DNA from: Candidatus Saccharimonadota bacterium
GTDB lineage: Bacteria > Patescibacteriota > Microgenomatia > UBA1406 > GWC2-37-13
Direction of reading: 5' to 3'
DNA length: 32,000 nt
Assembly: GCA_016432445.1 (NCBI GenBank)
Contig: CP066689.1
Span: forward strand, 600,001 to 632,000
Each line of letters begins with the position of its first letter. Position 1 is the first letter of the stretch. A model generated the notes under the pieces. It worked only from the letters and a program-made list of their open reading frames with translations. It did no database searches and was not told the origin of the DNA. Positions 23,860-32,000 of the stretch are shown in pieces. Both the position numbers and the translations under genes were made by a program.

Positions 23860-25137
23860 TTATGTAGAGGGTTTAAGTTCATCACGGTCAATTTGCCAAA
23901 GACGATTATATTTGGCAACGCGTTCACCCCGAGAAGGGGCACCAAACTTAACAAAATCCGCCTGAATTCCAACAGCAAAATCAGCAATAAGACAATCGTT
24001 TGTTTCTCCAGATCGATGTGAAACAATATAATTAAAATTATTTTTTCTGGCGGTGTCGACTACTTCTAAAGTTTCGGTAATTGTGCCTATCTGATTAGGT
24101 TTAATAAGTATGGTTGTACAGGCTTTCTCTTTTATAGCTTTTAAAAGTCTTTCCTTATTCGTTGTTAAAAGGTCATCTCCCACAATGTAAATTTCATCAG
24201 GCATCACTGAAGAAAATTTTTTCCAGCCATCCCAGTCGTCTTCATCGATTGGATCCTCAATGATCAAAACAGAGTAATTGGCAACAACCTTCTTCAGAAA
24301 CTCTATATATTCTTCTTTTTTTAGGGGATGAGGCCGGTCTTTTATGATATAGCGATCATCTTTGTAAAAATGCGAAGCGGCAATATCAAATCCTATAAAG
24401 ACATCCAACCCTGGTTTAAGGTTAAGCTGAACAATTGTTTCGTTTATTACTTCAGGAGCGTCAAGATTAGTAGTAAAGTTTGGAGTGAAGCCTCCTTCTT
24501 CACCAACTGAAACATTAGCGTTTCTATATTTTAAAACATGCTTTAATTCATGAAAGAGTTCAACTCCCATTTCATAGGCTTTAGTGTAAGAAAACGATGA
24601 TGAAGGTATTATTTGAAATTCCTGAAACTCTAGGCTGTTGTTGGCATGTTTTCCTCCATTAATAATGTTGAATATCGGAGAAGGAACTTTTTCCAGCTTA
24701 ATATCACTTTTAAAATTATTCTTATAGACTTGATTAACATATCTGAAAAGAGCAAGGTTTTGATCTGCAGCTCCAGCTTTTAAAATAAGCTGAGATACCA
24801 GAAGGAGTGTATTTGCGCCTAAAGTGCTCTTGTCTTTTGACCCATCAGCTTTTATTAACCAATAATCAATCTCCTGTTGTTTTAGCGGAGAAGCTCCGAC
24901 GAGTTTTGGAGCAATAAGGCTATTAATGTAGGAGACAGCCCGCGTAACTCCCATCCCGGCAAAACGTCGAGCATCATGGTCTCTTAGCTCGACTGCCTCG
25001 TGTTTACCAACAGAAGTACCTGAAGGAATTGAAGTAGTCACAACAGCCCCGTTATCTAAAGTAAGCTGACCTTCAAGGGTTGGACAACCTCTTGAATCAA
25101 TAATCTCATAAGCATGAACTGATTTTATTTTGGCCAT
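23860..25137 (-). CDS. eno: enolase (phosphopyruvate hydratase)
   Basis: I.SV.A.EI.DSRG.PT N-terminus, SHRSGET and KYN.L..I signatures. 425 aa. Confidence 0.96.
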   Translation of the reverse strand: MAKIKSVHAYEIIDSRGCPTLEGQLTLDNGAVVTTSIPSGTSVGKHEAVELRDHDARRFAGMGVTRAVSYINSLIAPKLVGASPLKQQEIDYWLIKADGSKDKSTLGANTLLLVSQLILKAGAADQNLALFRYVNQVYKNNFKSDIKLEKVPSPIFNIINGGKHANNSLEFQEFQIIPSSSFSYTKAYEMGVELFHELKHVLKYRNANVSVGEEGGFTPNFTTNLDAPEVINETIVQLNLKPGLDVFIGFDIAASHFYKDDRYIIKDRPHPLKKEEYIEFLKKVVANYSVLIIEDPIDEDDWDGWKKFSSVMPDEIYIVGDDLLTTNKERLLKAIKEKACTTILIKPNQIGTITETLEVVDTARKNNFNYIVSHRSGETNDCLIADFAVGIQADFVKFGAPSRGERVAKYNRLWQIDRDELKPST

Positions 25138-25140
25138 AAT

Positions 25141-27528
25141 TTATTTAAGATGATCAACAGTTTTTAAGTTATTTTTTTCAATAGTGTGAATAAGTTCTCT
25201 TGTTCTTACTGCCGCATCTGGATTTACGGATACACTTGTTATTCCTGCCTTAACTAATCGTTCAACAATCTCAGGATAATCTGAGGCCGCCTGTCCGCAG
25301 ATTGAACATGTCACTCCATATTTATTGCACGTTTTTACAATATGTTCTAAAACGTCAATAACTACTGGAGTTCTCTCATCATAAATGTAGGACACTTCAG
25401 AGTTATCGCGGTCAATCCCAAGAAGCATCATAGTTAAATCATTAGTACCGATAGAAACTCCGTCTACGCCAATTTTCAAAAATTCTTCAAGGTATAAGGC
25501 CGCAGCCGGTACCTCAACCATCATATAAAGCTTAAACCCAGGTAAGGAAAGAATACCTTCCTGATCGATCATTTCTTTAATCTTTATAATTTCCCAAGGA
25601 ACTCTAACAAAAGGAATCATAAGATGAAGATTTTGATATCCCATGTTCCAAATATTTTTCAAAGCTTCAAGCTCCATAGCAAAGACATCGGGATTAACAA
25701 TGTATCTTGAAGCTCCTCTGAAGCCTAACATTGGATTCTCTTCCTGAGGTTCGTAATGAACGCCTCCTTTTAGATGGCGGTATTCATTAGTTTTAAAATC
25801 TGTAGCTCTGTATATGACCGGGCGAGGAACAAAAGCCTTAACAAATTTTACTAGGTCGTGTGTAAGCCTTTTTATAAATATTGATTCTTCTTTTTTCTTG
25901 ATAAACTCTTTAGGATGAACGCCAATATTAGCAATCATAAATTCAGCCCTCAAGAGTCCTACTCCATCTACATCCATCTCAGCTATTTTTTCAGCATTTT
26001 CCGGCTCAGCTAAGTTTACATAAACTCTCGTTAACGTTTTTAGCTTCTTACTATGATCTATTGGAGCTTTAGCATTTGAAAGTTGAGATTTAGTGAAGAT
26101 ACTGCCTTTAAACACTTCGCCGACTTTACCGTCTACTGACACAATCATATCGTTTTTAAGAATGCTTGTAGCTTTATCCGCTCCCACAATTGCGGGTATT
26201 CCAAGCTCCCTTGAAACAATAGCTGCATGAGAAGTGCGCCCTCCTTTTTCAGTAATGATTCCTGCTGCTTTTTTCATTGCCGGTACATAATCAGGATTAG
26301 TTTGGGGAGCGACAAGAATATCGCCAGACTTAACCTTATCAATTTCAGCCGGCGAGCGGATGATTTTTACTGGACCGACACCAATTCCTGGAGATGCAGG
26401 AGCTCCAGTAAGTATCGGCGTTCTTGTTTCTTCAGCTTTTTTTTGGTCTTGCGCGTTTGTTTTTTCTTGCTCGCCCTTTTTCCCAGTTGCTTGTTCGCGA
26501 ATCGTGGTTATCGGCCTTGACTGAACAATGAAAACTCTTCCTTTTTCAATAGCCCATTCAATATCTTGGGGAAAATAATAATGGTTCTCAATGTCTTTTA
26601 CTCTTAAGGCTACTTCTGTAATTTCCTGATCAGTTAATTTTTGAGTAGTTCCTACTTGTTTACCAAGTTTAACTTCAATGTTAGAAACTCCTCTTTTAAC
26701 ATATTTCATGTTTTGGTATTTAATGTCTTTTTTCAAGATAACTAATGACTGTTTGCTAAGTTCATAGTGGTCTGGAGTAACCATGCCTTGAACGATATAC
26801 TCACCAAGTCCGTAAATAGCTTCAATAACAATCTTTGTTTTATCATTAGTTACCGGATCAATACTGAAAGCAATACCTGATTTTTCCGATTGAACCATAC
26901 GTTGGACTACAGCAGCAAGACCGATTCTGAAGTGATCAAACCCCTGCTCGTGCCTGTAGAAAATGGCTCTCTCCGTAAAAAGCGATGCCCAACATTCTTT
27001 GACTTTGTGAAGCAAATGATTTTCTCCCTGCACATTTAGATAAGTTTCCTGCTGGCCAGCAAATGATGCATTAGGCAGATCTTCGGCTGTAGCACTTGAT
27101 CTAACAGCAACAAGAGGCGGCCTATAGGCATGTTTGATCTTGTGAGCTCCTTTCTTGAGAATTGACAGTTCTTTTTTAAAGTATTTTTCTTCTTTGATTG
27201 TTAATTCCTCATAATACTCCACTATTTCGTTAGCAATTACTTTTGGAGTCTCAGCTTTCAAGATAAGTTCTCTAACATGTAAGGACGCTTGCTGAAGTTC
27301 ATGTGGATTATCGTGATTTACTAATCTTAAGAACTCCTTAATTTTAGGCTGAAGATTTGAATGCTTAATAAACAAAAAATAACTATTAGAAGTGATTATA
27401 AAGCCATAAGGAATTGGTAGACGGGCATTAGTCATTTCACCCAAGTTGGCGCCTTTTCCACCAACCAGTCCAACGTCATGTTTGCTCACTTCTTCAAACC
27501 AAACAATATTTTTTTTTGAAATACTCAT
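25141..27528 (-). CDS. ppsA: phosphoenolpyruvate synthase (pyruvate, water dikinase)
   Basis: 795 aa with GGKGANLGEM ATP-grasp N-terminus, phosphohistidine motif GGRTSHAAIVSRELGIPA and a C-terminal PEP-utilising TIM barrel. Confidence 0.9.
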   Translation of the reverse strand: MSISKKNIVWFEEVSKHDVGLVGGKGANLGEMTNARLPIPYGFIITSNSYFLFIKHSNLQPKIKEFLRLVNHDNPHELQQASLHVRELILKAETPKVIANEIVEYYEELTIKEEKYFKKELSILKKGAHKIKHAYRPPLVAVRSSATAEDLPNASFAGQQETYLNVQGENHLLHKVKECWASLFTERAIFYRHEQGFDHFRIGLAAVVQRMVQSEKSGIAFSIDPVTNDKTKIVIEAIYGLGEYIVQGMVTPDHYELSKQSLVILKKDIKYQNMKYVKRGVSNIEVKLGKQVGTTQKLTDQEITEVALRVKDIENHYYFPQDIEWAIEKGRVFIVQSRPITTIREQATGKKGEQEKTNAQDQKKAEETRTPILTGAPASPGIGVGPVKIIRSPAEIDKVKSGDILVAPQTNPDYVPAMKKAAGIITEKGGRTSHAAIVSRELGIPAIVGADKATSILKNDMIVSVDGKVGEVFKGSIFTKSQLSNAKAPIDHSKKLKTLTRVYVNLAEPENAEKIAEMDVDGVGLLRAEFMIANIGVHPKEFIKKKEESIFIKRLTHDLVKFVKAFVPRPVIYRATDFKTNEYRHLKGGVHYEPQEENPMLGFRGASRYIVNPDVFAMELEALKNIWNMGYQNLHLMIPFVRVPWEIIKIKEMIDQEGILSLPGFKLYMMVEVPAAALYLEEFLKIGVDGVSIGTNDLTMMLLGIDRDNSEVSYIYDERTPVVIDVLEHIVKTCNKYGVTCSICGQAASDYPEIVERLVKAGITSVSVNPDAAVRTRELIHTIEKNNLKTVDHLK

Positions 27529-27579
27529 TACTTAAATATAACCAATTAAGCTTAGTATATGCAAGAGAATAATTTGTAC

Positions 27580-28308
27580 CTAAAGCTCAATTAGCACGTA
27601 CGGATGATTTGGGTTAAGATGTTCAAGCAAGGAATGTGAGACATTATAAACAGGAATGCCGGTTGAGGTTTTTCCAAGAACTTTTCCTCCATGTGCGTGA
27701 CCGTGGAAAACCATTGTGGCCTGATAATTATTGATTGGCCTTTCAAGCTGAGAAGAACCAAGATAAGTAAAAATTTCCGGCGATTCCCCAACTACAGTTT
27801 CCTTAACTGGAGAATAATGAAGTAAAACTATTTTATATTTTGTTTGAAGCTTAGCTAATGCAGTTTCGAGTTTCTGAGCTTCATTAACTCCTTCATAATA
27901 AAATCGCTTAATCATTTCCTCACCCCACAATGTAAGCATATAATCCTCAAATCCGCCGCAGAAACCTTTTACTCCTGCAAAACCTATATCTCCAAAAATA
28001 ACTGGATCTTCTCCTTCAAGCACATACATTTTATTTTTTCTAAGTACTTGTTTTATCTCTTCAACCTCTCCTCCTTCATAGTCGTGATTTCCCAGGACAG
28101 TCAGAACTGGGATATGGCAATCGGTTAATTCATGAACTAGTATTTTTGCCTCAATCTCTAATCCCCTTTGTGTAAGATCACCACAAATAAGCAGATAATC
28201 AGCTTCTTCACAGATTTTTTTAAATAGTTTTCTGTAAATACCTCCTAATGGTTCATGAATATGAATGTCAGCAATGGCCGCTATTCTTATTCTTTTTTTC
28301 TTATTCAT
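27580..28308 (-). CDS. calcineurin-like metallophosphoesterase
   Basis: Motifs IADIH, GDLTQRG, GNHDYE and HGHAHGG. The start is placed at MNKKKRIRIAA (28308), 4 nt after the upstream stop, rather than at 28356. Confidence 0.8.
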   Translation of the reverse strand: MNKKKRIRIAAIADIHIHEPLGGIYRKLFKKICEEADYLLICGDLTQRGLEIEAKILVHELTDCHIPVLTVLGNHDYEGGEVEEIKQVLRKNKMYVLEGEDPVIFGDIGFAGVKGFCGGFEDYMLTLWGEEMIKRFYYEGVNEAQKLETALAKLQTKYKIVLLHYSPVKETVVGESPEIFTYLGSSQLERPINNYQATMVFHGHAHGGKVLGKTSTGIPVYNVSHSLLEHLNPNHPYVLIEL

Positions 28309-28312
28309 AAAG

Positions 28313-29038
28313 CTAAGTGACGCTTTTATAACCCCACTCAGTAATATCAGATTCATAGGAATAATGCGAAAGCAATGTCCCTCGACAAACTATCCCTTGA
28401 GGTGTTGGAACTTCAAGCTGATTCTCAACTCTAGATATGAGCTCCTTAATTAGCCACTTGGGTACTTTATTTCTTTCAGATGGGTAAACAAATCTAAAGT
28501 TAAGAATATGGGAAAATAAAATTTCCCAATGCTGTTCAAACCTCAAAAAAATATGTTTCCAGTTTAATTCTTTTCCCCTTTTTAGAATGAGATGATTAAC
28601 ATCAGCACCATCATATTTGAATCTTTCCTGGCGGTATGCTTTACTCCAGATAAGGTCTTCTGGAGAGATGAATTTTATTTTTATTCCAAATAATCGTCCA
28701 TCAGTAGCGTGCTTAAGCCAAGTATCATCAACCGGATGCAGATTAGTAATAGATCCAAAAATAATATCAATATAATGACCATTTGAAAGGATTTTAGCTA
28801 ACCATCTATCGTCAAGTATTCGAATCCTGTAACCATCATCACGTAAGCTTCTTAAAAGAAAAGGGTAATCTCCTCCTTTGCAAAAAATGTCCATATCTTT
28901 AGTTTCTCTATTTATCCCAGTATAATGATGTAGAGCATAAGTGCCGCCCATCATAAAAGGTATCTTTTTTCTGTTGATTGACTTAAGAACGCTCTTATAA
29001 AACTCTTCAGTTTGAGCTATTAGAGTTTTTTTATCCAT
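28313..29038 (-). CDS. minimal nucleotidyltransferase-fold protein (NTP_transf_5 / AbiEii-like by eye)
   Basis: MMGGTYALHHYTGINRETKDMDIF fits the G[GS]-x(9-13)-D-x-D NTase signature. 241 aa. Confidence 0.55.
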   Translation of the reverse strand: MDKKTLIAQTEEFYKSVLKSINRKKIPFMMGGTYALHHYTGINRETKDMDIFCKGGDYPFLLRSLRDDGYRIRILDDRWLAKILSNGHYIDIIFGSITNLHPVDDTWLKHATDGRLFGIKIKFISPEDLIWSKAYRQERFKYDGADVNHLILKRGKELNWKHIFLRFEQHWEILFSHILNFRFVYPSERNKVPKWLIKELISRVENQLEVPTPQGIVCRGTLLSHYSYESDITEWGYKSVT

Positions 29039-29248
29039 AATATGAAATTAAAATACAGATTTTAGGTAATAATAAGATAATATTCAGGTAAATGATCGGT
29101 AAGAGATGTAGTAACTGCACTAATTCTAACTGAAAATCAATTCGACCGGTAAAGTTTTTTAAAACGAAACTTTTCCTACAAATTACGCATATATTAATCA
29201 GAGTCTCAATAGACAAATTTCCTATGACCTTATTAACATTATAAAAAT

Positions 29249-29626
29249 ATGTCAGAAAAAATTAATAGAATTTCTCCTGGATTATATAAATTTGCTTTTT
29301 GGTTAGACAAACGAAAAATAGAAGTAACAGATCCGCAAACAAAGAATAGAATTTTAAGGGAAGAATGGACGTATGTGTCACCTGTGTATTTATTTAATGG
29401 TAATCTTACAAATAAAATTCACCAATTAATTGAGCTTTCACGAGGTGAAGTCTATTCTCTAAGTCCTATAGCTTTAGCATTTTTTGGACTTTGCCGAATG
29501 ACTAAAGGTAAATTAACCTTCGAAAAATCAATAAGCACAAAAGGTAAGGGAGTAACAAAAGATCATTTCCAAGAAGCCCTTCAGCTTGGCGCCAAACTCC
29601 TCAAACCAGAAGATGAATGGTCGTGA
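29249..29626 (+). CDS. hypothetical protein (125 aa)
   Basis: Clean ORF with no motif I recognise. Confidence 0.45.
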   Translation: MSEKINRISPGLYKFAFWLDKRKIEVTDPQTKNRILREEWTYVSPVYLFNGNLTNKIHQLIELSRGEVYSLSPIALAFFGLCRMTKGKLTFEKSISTKGKGVTKDHFQEALQLGAKLLKPEDEWS

Positions 29627-29708
29627 GTTTCTTACATTTTTCTTAATTATTTCATGAGGACAAGATAAGAAACATAGGTAACACTTGTATATCAAAACGA
29701 GTAAACTT

Positions 29709-29990
29709 ATGAGCGGTAGATTATCAGATAGTGGTAGCTACTCAATAACCTACAATCTTCCATTCTGGTTTTTAAAACAAACCAGTGAATATACTTCTGA
29801 AATGAAAATATCAAGAAAAAACTTCTACGAGTGGAAAGATAGATTCGAATCCTCAGGACGAGAATTTCCTTCCCTTGAAGTTAAGTCAAAAGCTCCTAAA
29901 ACTGAACGTACTATTGAATTAACTTCTCACAATTTTGATAACCTCATGGACTTGACGAAATTCGATAAGAAAGGTAACATTTATATATGA
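29709..29990 (+). CDS. small protein with a transposase-N-terminal-like HTH segment
   Basis: ISRKNFYEWKDRFESSG....LEVKSKAPKT resembles the IS3/IS481 OrfA HTH (..SR.T.YRW..RY...G...L...SR.P). ATG at 29709 is preferred to the TTG at 29685. Confidence 0.45.
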   Translation: MSGRLSDSGSYSITYNLPFWFLKQTSEYTSEMKISRKNFYEWKDRFESSGREFPSLEVKSKAPKTERTIELTSHNFDNLMDLTKFDKKGNIYI

Positions 29991-30541
29991 ATCTAGAACA
30001 ACAACCTAAATATGCAGTGCCGTTAGATAAGGCGATTGCTCCCTACCGAAGTCCATTTTATCAAGATGCCGGAGAACGTAACCTTATTCGCACTCTGTTC
30101 TTAAATCAGATTAAAGAGGAAAAATATTCACAACCTTCTGTAAAACCCTATTCTGCATTACTTAATATTGCTGAGAGTGGAGGTTTAGGGGGTTATACTC
30201 ATCCGACGAAGTTAATAACGTATATTCTTGAATCCCCTGATTTCTGTGATAAATTTGGCGCACTTAGTGAAAATGAGTCGGGTAAACGACATATCCTTAC
30301 TGTTGCTGCAGCTAAAGAAATGGGAAGGTTGTATAGGCTTCGTTCCGCTGCCACTTATGAAGTTTTTGGTGCAAGAATAGATAAAGAACAAGAAATACAA
30401 AGATACACTGAAGAAATAAAGATGCTATCAAGCTTTATAGATAACTTAAGTTTAACAGAAAGTCCTGGTAGTCCTCCGGAAGGCAATCGATTACCTTGGC
30501 CAGATAGGGGATTGCCTTCAGCAGAGACAAATAGACATTGA
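29987..30541 (+). CDS. hypothetical protein (184 aa)
   Basis: The start overlaps the upstream stop (ATGA). No recognisable motif, and no DDE-type transposase signature. Confidence 0.45.
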   Translation: MNLEQQPKYAVPLDKAIAPYRSPFYQDAGERNLIRTLFLNQIKEEKYSQPSVKPYSALLNIAESGGLGGYTHPTKLITYILESPDFCDKFGALSENESGKRHILTVAAAKEMGRLYRLRSAATYEVFGARIDKEQEIQRYTEEIKMLSSFIDNLSLTESPGSPPEGNRLPWPDRGLPSAETNRH

Positions 30542-30551
30542 TTATTTCATC

Positions 30552-30580
30552 TTGACATTTGAATTTGGGGGAGGTAGAAT
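30552..30580 (+). promoter_or_regulatory. near-consensus sigma70-type promoter TTGACA-N17-TAGAAT
   Basis: TTGACA at 30552-57, a 17-nt spacer and TAGAAT at 30575-80, about 200 nt upstream of tRNA-Ala and the 23S gene. Confidence 0.6.
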
Positions 30581-30724
30581 ATCTCTACATGATGAATCTT
30601 ATTTCATGATGTAGCACTGGACGCAGCATCACTGCACTCCTATCAGCTTCATCTACCAAAGCCAGTGAATAAACCAAATAAATAGACCTTGTATCGCGGT
30701 TTTATTTCGGTTAAAATAGATTCT

Positions 30725-30754
30725 CCCAGAGTGGAAACACTTGGGTCTTTTTTT
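30725..30754 (+). terminator. intrinsic-terminator-like hairpin (GAAA tetraloop) plus T-run between the promoter and tRNA-Ala
   Basis: cccagagtg-gaaa-cacttggg followed by tcttttttt. A boxA-like gcacttttaaaat follows at 30756-30768. Confidence 0.5.
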
Positions 30755-30780
30755 CGCACTTTTAAAATTTTCACTGGACT

Positions 30781-30854
30781 GGGCTCGTAGTTCAGTTGGC
30801 TAGAACATCGCATTTGCAATGCGAAGGTCACCGGTTCGATCCCGGTCGAGTCCA
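30781..30854 (+). tRNA. tRNA-Ala (anticodon UGC)
   Basis: Acceptor GGGCTCG/CGAGTCC with the G3-U70 identity pair, anticodon loop TTTGCAA, T-loop GGTTCGATCC. Confidence 0.92.
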
Positions 30855-31065
30855 CCCTTCGTCCACGAGCTTACGCTCGGGATTTTGGAGTGGCACAGAC
30901 ACAACAAAGTGGGGCTAAAATAGTCGGCAAACTATAGTCAGCAGACAACAGAATTAATTTCCGTTGACTGTTGACTGTAGACTATCGACTATATATGTAC
31001 TTTGACAATCAGGAGTAAGGTAACAATTGAAAGGTATAAAATAATACATCTTTTTTTGAATAACT

Positions 31066-32000
<935 letters not shown>

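Noticed and set aside
792-28453. Many listed short ORFs nested in or antisense to larger genes: 792..989, 1841..2257, 2127..2348, 4945..5166, 5360..5644, 6142..6447, 7674..7859, 8537..8749, 10978..11172, 11473..11655, 12159..12461, 16775..17158, 17538..17729, 23154..23453, 23482..23694, 23841..24026, 24328..24510, 26227..26520, 27591..27791, 28265..28453; also 29031..29216 and 30212..30400
   Set aside because: Each overlaps a longer ORF with clear family motifs or better context, and none has a recognisable motif or ribosome-binding site. They are treated as shadow ORFs.
29709-30541. An active insertion sequence
   Set aside because: Only an HTH-like segment is present. The following 184-aa ORF shows no DDE, serine or tyrosine recombinase motifs, and I saw no flanking inverted repeats.

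Overview
This is an AT-rich bacterial window using the standard genetic code: TGA terminates well-conserved genes. Gene content and style suggest a small-genome, CPR/Patescibacteria-like organism, which is an inference only.

The housekeeping backbone is:
- a partial alpha/beta hydrolase, an SDR, a D-2-hydroxyacid dehydrogenase, rsmI and dedA;
- an unusually clustered uvrB-uvrA-(transglutaminase-like protein)-uvrC block, followed by secG and a family-5 solute-binding protein;
- a tRNA cluster (Leu-UAA, Thr-UGU, Arg-UCU, and Leu-GAG on the opposite strand) enclosing a B12-type radical SAM gene and a Nudix gene;
- ruvA-ruvB, enolase and PEP synthase;
- a nucleotidyltransferase plus metallophosphoesterase pair and three orphan ORFs;
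- tRNA-Ala followed by the 5' ~930 nt of a 23S rRNA, with no 16S upstream.

The most unusual content is three paralogous cassettes of tandem tiny multi-TM proteins, at 1564-2814, 3844-4734 and 8286-8884.
- They share a long promoter/leader. It is 141/141 nt identical between two cassettes whose coding regions have diverged strongly.
- Two of them share a multi-hairpin 3' element.
- The same two show 5'-UTR/3'-UTR complementarity that G-U wobbles preserve only on the transcribed strand.

Other notable signals:
- in-frame palindromic insertions in uvrB;
- a CAGGTAC-N6-GTACCTG hairpin family in uvrB, a tRNA spacer and two 23S helices;
- 23S expansion segments;
- a tRNA-punctuated, leaderless-looking radical SAM gene;
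- many genes with a -10 box only 6-9 nt from the start codon.

No CRISPR array or intact transposase was seen. All calls come from reading the sequence by eye. No database search or folding program was run.
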